Assembly: GCA_040752695.1 (NCBI GenBank)
Contig: JBFMGO010000048.1
Coordinates: forward strand, 1-37,068
DNA: 37,068 nucleotides
Direction: 5' to 3'
From: a bacterium
GTDB taxonomy: Bacteria > SZUA-182 > DTGQ01
Position 1 is the first letter of the stretch. Each line of letters starts with the position of its first letter. Positions 30,201 to 37,068 of this stretch are shown here, one piece after another. The translations under genes and the position numbers were made by a program. A model generated the notes under the pieces. That model saw only the letters and a list, made by a program, of their open reading frames with translations. It was not told where the DNA came from and did no database searches.

Positions 30201-30390
30201 GCGCTGCAGATTCATATCCTTGCGCTTCTGCCTCAAAAGTGCAGGGGATAAGGCTTTTGGCCCGTATCCCAGGTTCATAAAAGACCGAGGAGGCGGTGGT
30301 CAGGCTTAAAACCGCCATGATCCATCCCAACTCTTTCACCATTCGCCATAATACATGCCGACCGGCTTTTGGTCGAATAATTTCCTTCAT
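24274..30390 (-). CDS. Alpha-2-macroglobulin family protein, 2038 aa, with in-frame UGA (probable Sec1554) at the thioester Cys position
   Basis: ORFs 25729..30390 and 24274..25710 are in frame; the junction reads VPYG-TGA-FCQTTSVTWPN. MG motifs: TDKPLYQPGQT, ERYVLPKF, RRDFPETLLW, ADSITTW, FQDFFIDLDLP. TED: GYQRLLTF...LTAYGL. C-terminal MVDLGIPPGF, YDYYNP. ATG follows AAGGAG. Family assignment is firm; Sec is inferred. Confidence 0.9.
25702..25718 (-). promoter_or_regulatory. Putative bacterial SECIS hairpin of the A2M gene
   Basis: mRNA CCACGUC-GGU-GACGUGG, a perfect 7-bp stem at +11..+27 after the UGA, with a G-led, GU-containing loop. Confidence 0.72.
26620..26985 (-). repeat. Gly/Tyr/Ser-rich repeat region of the A2M (bait-region position)
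   Basis: GGYL x3 (12-bp unit) and GGGGGYSAGYSA x2, just upstream of RRDFPET. Confidence 0.85.
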
Positions 30391-30523
30391 GTTTTTTACT
30401 CCTTGTAATTTTAAGGCTGATGGAAAGAGAAAACGATGAGCGGCAGTTTTTTGGCATGACCTCCTTTCAAAACCCCTTATTTTAACAAGGGGTTAAGGAT
30501 AAAGAAAGAAACTCATCTTTCTT

Positions 30524-30574
30524 TAAAAAATGAGATTAGGTGAGGGCAGGCTTGGAGCATGTCCTCACCTAATC
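30524..30574 (-). terminator. Terminator overlapping the stop of the beta-helix gene
   Basis: 12-bp inverted repeat gattaggtgagg (30534-30545)/cctcacctaatc (30563-30574), followed on the minus strand by tcattttttaa. Confidence 0.6.
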
Positions 30575-33379
30575 CAGTAAGGGCAAAAGAAAAACAAGCA
30601 GGATCTCACCGCCATCAGGAATCGTAAGGTTTGAACCGCTCTGACTGCATGGCTGTCCGAACAACTGATAGCTGGCTTCCCATCGGCCTGCGATTTGATC
30701 GTATTTCTGAATGGATAAGCCGTTATCCTCCGGCCAGATAAGCTGCCTGAGGGCTGAGATGGCAGTTTTATTCTTCAGGTCGATTTGGCCTCCTTCAGAT
30801 GTGTTATCCGATAGAGTGCTGTTGATGACCTTTGGCCAAGACTCTTCATCGCCATACACCCCGCCGCCATCTCCCCAGGGGGCGCTGTTGCTGCTGATAA
30901 GGCAGTAGCTGATACCCGGACTGGAGGCATGGCCATAGATTCCACCACCTCCCTCAGCAGCGGCATTTTGGCAGATCGCGCCATAGAGGATTCTTGGCTG
31001 TGAAGAGAAGCAATACATCCCGCCTCCGCACCAGGCTGCCCTGTTTCCGCTGATCGTGCAGGCAATCATCAGCGGTGAGGATTTTTCGGTGTATACTCCG
31101 CCGCCATCGCTGCCGAAGGCGATGTTATTGCTGACAATACAGCAGGTCATCACCGGTGAGGAGAAAAAGCAGTATACCCCGCCACCAGCCCAGGCTGCCC
31201 TGTTGCTGCTGATGGTGCAGCTCGTGATAGCCAAAGGAGAATTGTAACCTGCGTAAACTCCGCCCCCATCATCCTCTGCCTGGTTGCCACTGATGAGACA
31301 ATGGGTAATCTTTGCCGGGGAAAAATCGGCATACATTCCGCCCCCGCATTCGCCAGAAGTGTTGTTGCTGATAGTACAATAATCAAGCGTTGGCGAGGAG
31401 GCATTGAAACAGCCGATCCCACCGCCGTTTTCGCCGGAGGTGTTGTTGCTGATTATGCAGTGAACAAACGATGGCGAAGAGGCATTGAAGCAGCCGATCC
31501 CACCGCAACAGCAGGCAGCCTTGTTGCCGCTGATAATGCAATGGGTAATCGTGGGCGAGGATTGATTACAAAAAATCCCGGCACCGTCATCAGCCGATCC
31601 GTTCCGGATAGTGAATCCATCCAGCACCGAATCCCGGCCCTCGGAATGGTCAAATTTCACTACGATCCCCAGGGCATTTCCATCGATAATAGCTGCATCC
31701 GCACCATTCTCCGAGCAAAGGGTGATGGCCTTATCCGTAAGATAAATGTTTTCGGTATAGATTCCATCATGGACCAGGATTATTTCTCCGTAATGTGCCT
31801 GGTCAATCGCCTCTTGAATGGAGGTATGAGTATACCCTGATTTTCCTACCTCCCTGGTCACCTGAGGTGATTTGACTCTTATAACATTATGGAGGCTCAA
31901 CCGGCTGGTTCCGCATTCCGTGGTGATGGTCAGGCTCACATCGTAAATGCCGCAATGGGAATAGGTGTGGAATACTGTCACACCGCTACCGGTCGTGCCA
32001 TCCCCAAAATCCCACAAAAAACCGGCCCCTCGAAACCGGCTGCCGCCGGAAGGGGATGCATCGAAAGCAATGGTCAGGGGAAAAAACCCTGCCGTCTGAT
32101 CGGTTGTGAAAATGGCCCTCGGCACGCAGGAGGTAAGATCGCTGCACTCATAGGCCCCAATGTCAATCCCCGCTCCCTGCGGTCGGGCGATTCCTTCCTG
32201 GTCCTGTGAGGGCGCATCAGTGACTGTCCCCTGGTCGATGCAAGGCGATCCGGGCATGAGGTAATAGGTACCCATCTTATAGGTTCCCTGTTCATAGGCC
32301 TGTTGCACAGGCTGTACAAACAATGGGTCGGTATTAATATTGCCCGTTCCCGGATATGTGCCTGAATCTTGCTGAACATCAGAGCAGGTGACGGTTGCAG
32401 ACCCATTTTCGATGACCATGACTTCATGGGGACCAAAGTTGTCCGTATCACCCCAGAGGATGCAATTGATGACCTTGACTGAAGCGTCAGAGCAGTAAAG
32501 CCCGCTGCCATTATAGTCGGCTGTATTACCACTTATGGTACAATTGATTAAGACAGTGGCAGATCCATGGCCGATCCATAAGCCGCTGGCATTGTAACCG
32601 GCTGTATTATCAATGATAAGGCAATTGGTTATCACCGAGGATAGATACTCTCCATATATTCCACCGCCGCCTCCGTCAGCACTGTTATTGCTGATAATGC
32701 AGGAAGTAATTGCAGCGGAGGAATTAAGGGCAAAGATTCCTCCTCCTCCCCAGGCACTATTATTGCTGATAATGCAGGAAGTAATTACAGGTGAGGAACC
32801 ATAGATAGAGATTCCGCCACCTCTGCTCTGGGCCTTGTTACCACGGATAATACAATGGACAATCGTTGGGGAGGAGTAGTAGCACAAAATTCCGCCACCA
32901 GACAGGGTATGCCCATAGCCATACGAAGCATATCCATTCTGAATAGTAAACCCATCCAGTACCGCATCTGCGCCCTCGCCCTGATTAAACGTCACCACGC
33001 TCTCTCTGTAAGATCCGCTATCGGAAGTCCCATCGATGTCGGATGATCCACCATCGGAATATCCATCAATAATGGTAAGATCGGCTCCCATGGCTGACCG
33101 GACAGTGATGTTCCTGCCCTTGAAGCTAATCCGCTCCCTGTAAATGCCCGGATAGACCAGCACCTCATCCTGCCCGCTCACTGCCTGGTCAATCGCTGCC
33201 TGGATAGAAGTGTAAGCGTACCCTAATGTGCCGACTTCCAGCTTTGCGGCCAGAGCCGAACAGATAGACAAAGCAGGACGGCCAGGCAAAGTCAAAAAGC
33301 CCCATGTGGCCGAAAAGATTACTATTCCTATCATAAAATTTATTATGTACCTGATTTTCAACATAATATAATTATACAA
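30569..33379 (-). CDS. Secreted right-handed parallel beta-helix repeat protein with choice-of-anchor-Q-like segment and PKD domain; start uncertain (TTG 33379 or ATG 33364)
   Basis: Two SIQ.AID...G.Y.E.I modules; many C.IS.N.A..GGG(I/V) repeats; GNINTDPLF...GSPCIDQG...DIGAYE; PKD WDFGDGTTGSG..V.HTY...G.YDVSLT. Confidence 0.85.
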   Translation of the reverse strand: MYNYIMLKIRYIINFMIGIVIFSATWGFLTLPGRPALSICSALAAKLEVGTLGYAYTSIQAAIDQAVSGQDEVLVYPGIYRERISFKGRNITVRSAMGADLTIIDGYSDGGSSDIDGTSDSGSYRESVVTFNQGEGADAVLDGFTIQNGYASYGYGHTLSGGGILCYYSSPTIVHCIIRGNKAQSRGGGISIYGSSPVITSCIISNNSAWGGGGIFALNSSAAITSCIISNNSADGGGGGIYGEYLSSVITNCLIIDNTAGYNASGLWIGHGSATVLINCTISGNTADYNGSGLYCSDASVKVINCILWGDTDNFGPHEVMVIENGSATVTCSDVQQDSGTYPGTGNINTDPLFVQPVQQAYEQGTYKMGTYYLMPGSPCIDQGTVTDAPSQDQEGIARPQGAGIDIGAYECSDLTSCVPRAIFTTDQTAGFFPLTIAFDASPSGGSRFRGAGFLWDFGDGTTGSGVTVFHTYSHCGIYDVSLTITTECGTSRLSLHNVIRVKSPQVTREVGKSGYTHTSIQEAIDQAHYGEIILVHDGIYTENIYLTDKAITLCSENGADAAIIDGNALGIVVKFDHSEGRDSVLDGFTIRNGSADDGAGIFCNQSSPTITHCIISGNKAACCCGGIGCFNASSPSFVHCIISNNTSGENGGGIGCFNASSPTLDYCTISNNTSGECGGGMYADFSPAKITHCLISGNQAEDDGGGVYAGYNSPLAITSCTISSNRAAWAGGGVYCFFSSPVMTCCIVSNNIAFGSDGGGVYTEKSSPLMIACTISGNRAAWCGGGMYCFSSQPRILYGAICQNAAAEGGGGIYGHASSPGISYCLISSNSAPWGDGGGVYGDEESWPKVINSTLSDNTSEGGQIDLKNKTAISALRQLIWPEDNGLSIQKYDQIAGRWEASYQLFGQPCSQSGSNLTIPDGGEILLVFLLPLLD

Positions 33380-33686
33380 AGTATAACTTATTTACGTCAA
33401 GAGAGGAATGGAAGGAAAGACAGTAAAAAACGTCACATTTTTAAAAGGCTTTCAGATTTCTCGCTTCCCCTTGATTCTGCTCAGATCTTCAGCTTACGAA
33501 ATGGAAAAAGTCAACCAAGTCAATTGGACGGAGGCCAACTGGCCGGGTGATTTCCGCAGTCAGTGTTCAATCCCCCGGTCCGGATTTAAAAACCTTCCAG
33601 ACTTCGGCGTATTTTGCATCTTTACATGAATTTCTCATAAAATTCAGCTTTCGACCTTTCATGGTATTTTGTTCCAGAAATAAAAC

Positions 33687-33714
33687 CGAAGTTTTTTTCT
33701 CCCGTGCCCGAAAA
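33687..33714 (+). promoter_or_regulatory. Possible sigma28 (FliA) promoter for flgM
   Basis: cgaaGTTT-N12-cCCGAaAA is an imperfect match to TAAAGTTT-N11-GCCGATAA, about 40 nt before flgM. Confidence 0.35.
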
Positions 33715-33754
33715 GATTATTAGAACAAACCCCTTTATGGAAGGAAGGATCAAC

Positions 33755-34108
33755 ATGAAAATTGACGGAAACGACACCACTATCAACAACAATACCATCA
33801 TCGATCTGAACAAGGCGCACAGCGGAGACCGGATACGGAAAAGCGAGCGGGAGAGAAATGCGGCACAGGCTCAAAAGGGGGAACAAACGAATGGATCTGG
33901 AGACATAGTTAATATCTCGTCACAAGGGTCGCAGGTTCAACGCATTAAGTCCATGATAGAAAATATCCCTGATATCAGACAGGATCGAGTGGATTCGATT
34001 AAGCAGGATTTAGAAAGCGGGAAATATCAGGTAGACAGTGACAACGTGGCCAGGGCTATGATACGGGAGAATCTGATGTATAATCTATGGCAGACCGGAG
34101 AAAAATGA
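33755..34108 (+). CDS. flgM: Anti-sigma28 factor FlgM
   Basis: MKI start after AGGAAGGA; D.VNISS, PDIRQDRVDSIKQDLESGKYQVDSDNVARAMI; located upstream of flgK. Confidence 0.9.
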   Translation: MKIDGNDTTINNNTIIDLNKAHSGDRIRKSERERNAAQAQKGEQTNGSGDIVNISSQGSQVQRIKSMIENIPDIRQDRVDSIKQDLESGKYQVDSDNVARAMIRENLMYNLWQTGEK

Positions 34109-34184
34109 GCAGACATCATTAGTCCGGCGGACATCATCAATCCTTAGAATTACCCCAACGCGGGTAAACTAAGGGGGTTTCGTC

Positions 34185-35579
34185 ATGTCTGATATCAGTA
34201 GTATCCTGAATATCGGCCTTTCGGGTCTTCGGGCCTCCAAGACCGGTATTGAGGTGACAGCACAAAACATCGCCAATGTGGATACGCCTGGCTATAGCCA
34301 GAAAGAGGTGGTCCTGGGTCCAAAAGAGGTGACCGGGGGATCACCTTATTTTTTTAATGGGGTAGAAGTATCTGAGATTAAAAGAGTTTATGATGAAGAA
34401 CTTGCCCGGCAAATCTCCATTCAGGAAGGAAAGACGGGCTATTGGCAGACCACAAAAGAATATATGGGCCGCATCGAAGACATCTTCAACGAGTCCGGGC
34501 AGACAGGACTGAGCAGCGATCTCGATGCATTCTGGAACGCCTGGCAAAAGCTGTCTACGAATCCGAACGGCTATGGAGAACGGCAGGAAGTCGTTGCCAT
34601 GGGTGCTCAGCTATCTGAATCCTTTTCATCCAGAGCCGAGGATCTTCAGAAAGTCATGGCTGATGTCAATGAAGAAATAAGCACGACCATGGATGAAATT
34701 AACGAGGCCCTCAGCCAGATTGCTGAAATCAACCGCCAGATGGGTGATGCCATCGGCGGGAAGGTAGATGAATATAAAGATGAATTGGATAGAGTGGTCC
34801 AGGGATTGAGTCAGCAGGTTAATGTCAACTACTGGCAGGATAGAAATGGACAGGTTATGGTATCGCTGAACGGCCATACTCTGGTCGAAGGCACTCATGC
34901 ATTCAGCCTGTCCTCATCCACTGATGATCAGGGGCAAGCCATTGTGCAAATGGAATTTTCTGACGGCACCCTGTTCGATGTCACCGACCAGATCAATAGC
35001 GGAAAAGTGCAGGGGCTTTTGGAACTGAGCAATAAGACCATCCCCGGGTACCTGGAAAAACTGGACAAACTTGCCTCTACCTTAAGCGAAAAAGTAAACG
35101 AACAACATTTGACCGGCTACGGATTGGATGGTTCCACAGACATCAATTTCTTCAATCCTCCTGATTCCGTGCAGGATGCGGCTCGTAATCTGGCCCTCAA
35201 TCCAGAGCTGGAAAGCAACCTCGACCTTATCGCAGCCTCCTCTTCGGCTGATGTGCCGGATAATGAGAATGCCCTCAAGATGCTGGATCTGCAAATGAAT
35301 CAGATAATCGAAGACGGCGGTCAGATCCTTAAGGCCAGTGACTACTACGCCAATTTCAACAGGACCATAGGCCGTGATACGCAAGGCGCGAGCACCAATA
35401 AAGACCGCCAGCAAGCTATCCTGAATAACCTGAAAGACAGGCGGAGCGTGATTTCGGATGTAGCCATGGATGAACAACTGGCCAATCTGATCAAGTTTCA
35501 ACAAACCTATAACGCTTCAGCTAAAATCGTTTCCACTGCGGATGAGATGATGACTACACTGTTGAACATTTCCGCGTAA
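34185..35579 (+). CDS. flgK: Flagellar hook-associated protein 1
   Basis: LNIGLSGL...AQNIANVDTPGYS, FWNAWQKLSTNP, V.MDEQLANLIKFQQTYNASAKI. Confidence 0.95.
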   Translation: MSDISSILNIGLSGLRASKTGIEVTAQNIANVDTPGYSQKEVVLGPKEVTGGSPYFFNGVEVSEIKRVYDEELARQISIQEGKTGYWQTTKEYMGRIEDIFNESGQTGLSSDLDAFWNAWQKLSTNPNGYGERQEVVAMGAQLSESFSSRAEDLQKVMADVNEEISTTMDEINEALSQIAEINRQMGDAIGGKVDEYKDELDRVVQGLSQQVNVNYWQDRNGQVMVSLNGHTLVEGTHAFSLSSSTDDQGQAIVQMEFSDGTLFDVTDQINSGKVQGLLELSNKTIPGYLEKLDKLASTLSEKVNEQHLTGYGLDGSTDINFFNPPDSVQDAARNLALNPELESNLDLIAASSSADVPDNENALKMLDLQMNQIIEDGGQILKASDYYANFNRTIGRDTQGASTNKDRQQAILNNLKDRRSVISDVAMDEQLANLIKFQQTYNASAKIVSTADEMMTTLLNISA

Positions 35580-35597
35580 GACATGCTTGCCTAAATT

Positions 35598-35680
35598 GGC
35601 ATAAGACATAAAGCATAAGGCATAAGTTGGCCTGCGTATAAGGCATAAGCTGGCCTCCGTATAAGGCATAAGCTGGCATG
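35598..35680. repeat. gcataag-based tandem repeats (7-nt core, 23-bp higher-order unit)
   Basis: ataaggcataagttggcctgcgt / ataaggcataagctggcctccgt / ataaggcataagctggc. Confidence 0.75.
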
Positions 35681-35746
35681 AGAATGATATGAAGTAATCG
35701 CTCATATTTATAAAAGCAACATACCTAATAAAAAGCATCCAATTCC

Positions 35747-35814
35747 GTCATTCCCGCGAAAGCGGGAATCCAGTAGTACCAGGGCTTCTGGATTCCCGCT
35801 TTCGCGGGAATGAC
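35747..35814. repeat. Extragenic palindromic (REP-like) element, 27-bp perfect inverted arms, each arm itself a hairpin
   Basis: gtcattcccgcgaaagcgggaatccag-N14-ctggattcccgctttcgcgggaatgac. Confidence 0.88.
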
Positions 35815-35896
35815 AAAAAAGGAATGTGATGGCTACTATATACTATATATAATCGGAAATAATTTATGATATAAGATACGTGCAGGATGAAACGCT

Positions 35897-36796
35897 ATGT
35901 ATATATTAAATAAAACCCAGTTTGACCACGCTCAGGAGAGAATCCAGCAATCCACCAAAGAGCTTTACCAGCTTCAGGAGGTGCTCTCCACAGGGAAACA
36001 AATCAACAGACCTTCCGATGACCCGGAAGGAATGCATCAGGTTTTGAATTACCGGACCATCCTTTCAAACATCGGCCAATATTCGGAGAACATCGACTTC
36101 GGGCAAAAGTGGTGTCAGGCCACCAACGATACCCTCGATACCGTGAGCAAATCGCTGCTCCGCTGCAGGGAACTGGCCATGACTCAGGTGGACAGTACGG
36201 CTAATGAGGAAACCAGGGCCGTATCAGCCACTGAGGTTGAAGGAATCTACCAGGATCTACTGGATCTGGCCAATACCAAACACGAAGGCAGATATCTTTT
36301 TGCTCCCGAGAGCATGGATACGCCCCCCTTTGACCCGGATACGGTGATGAATGACCCTTCGCCGGATAATCCACCGGAATTTCTCATGCGGATCAGAATC
36401 GGAGATGAAAAGGAAGTCCAGATCAATACCAGCAAAGATGTTTTTACTGGAGGTGAAGAAGGGAAAAATCTCTTCACAGTGGTAGACCAATTGAAAACCA
36501 GCCTCGAGAACAACGATGTTGAGGCTATTGAAGCCGCCTTTGGTGAAATCGATGAGGCCCTTAGTCAGGTTACGCAGTGGCAGGGGAATATCGGAGCCAA
36601 AATGCAGCGCTTCGATCGAACCCAGGAAACGTTAAACAAGCTGAAAGAACTGACCGAAACGTCCTTAAGCCAGCGAGAGGATGCCGATCTGGTTGAAAAA
36701 TCCATTGAATTCATCACCAAAAGCAATAATCACTCCATCAGCCTGGCCACTCTGGGGAAGATACTGAATACCAATCTGCTGGATTATTTAGGCTGA
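35897..36796 (+). CDS. flgL: Flagellar hook-associated protein 3
   Basis: LSTGKQINRPSDDP, LANTKHEGRYLF, IGAKMQR, EDADL, LLDYL C-terminus; follows flgK. Confidence 0.93.
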   Translation: MYILNKTQFDHAQERIQQSTKELYQLQEVLSTGKQINRPSDDPEGMHQVLNYRTILSNIGQYSENIDFGQKWCQATNDTLDTVSKSLLRCRELAMTQVDSTANEETRAVSATEVEGIYQDLLDLANTKHEGRYLFAPESMDTPPFDPDTVMNDPSPDNPPEFLMRIRIGDEKEVQINTSKDVFTGGEEGKNLFTVVDQLKTSLENNDVEAIEAAFGEIDEALSQVTQWQGNIGAKMQRFDRTQETLNKLKELTETSLSQREDADLVEKSIEFITKSNNHSISLATLGKILNTNLLDYLG

Positions 36797-37068
36797 AAAG
36801 TCCGGCTGTTATAGTCGTCCATTATAGCTCAATCGGGATATCAGGAATAGGAGCTTCTTACAATCTATTTTTTCAGGGCGTTGGGGAAAAACCCATTCAG
36901 GCTCTCTTTTCGAGCCATTTTTCAAGTGACTGTTGACTCTCTTTTGAAACCCTTATTCAAAGAGGGATTGAACTCATTACGAAAATTAAGAAAAACATGA
37001 AAAATAAACTCATTCCCCTTATAGATAAAATATTCCTCAGGAAAAGATCTCTCATCGAAACGGTGAAT

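Noticed and set aside
30391..30560. Riboswitch upstream of the A2M
   Set aside because: Only short hairpins are present (e.g. aacccctt/aaggggtt); I could not match them to any known aptamer consensus.
1..37068. Genome-wide UGA reassignment (genetic code 4 or 25) as the cause of the in-frame TGAs
   Set aside because: serC, rsbR, rsbT, flgL and other genes end at TGA at their expected C-termini. Trp is encoded by TGG. Both internal TGAs fall on catalytic Cys positions.

Overview
A bacterial chromosomal window with no tRNA, rRNA, CRISPR array or transposase seen; the lineage cannot be assigned from sequence alone. In order it holds: the 3' end of a gene; a sigma54-type promoter and a secreted Pro/Ser/Thr-rich protein; arfB; a peroxiredoxin-like gene; a Kazal-dockerin-deacetylase-glutaredoxin-like fusion; two BsuPI-domain secreted proteins (one with a beta-propeller); a Tyr/Ser-rich secreted protein; a siroheme nitrite/sulfite reductase divergent from serC; a stressosome operon (rsbR-rsbS-rsbT-phosphatase) followed by two hybrid histidine kinases; a giant alpha-2-macroglobulin (A2M); a beta-helix/PKD protein; and flgM-flgK-flgL. 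The main finding is that two pairs of 'split' ORFs are each one gene with an in-frame TGA at a catalytic Cys position, each followed by a 7-bp-stem, GGN-loop hairpin resembling a bacterial SECIS. One is a UxxC peroxiredoxin-like selenoprotein, a known type. The other is the A2M (24274..30390, 2038 aa), whose thioester motif GCxEQ reads G-[TGA]-F-C-Q. It is a candidate selenocysteine (selenoester or redox-switched) macroglobulin with a Gly/Tyr-rich bait region, a type I do not know to be described. The window also shows pervasive short tandem duplications inside genes and at stop codons.
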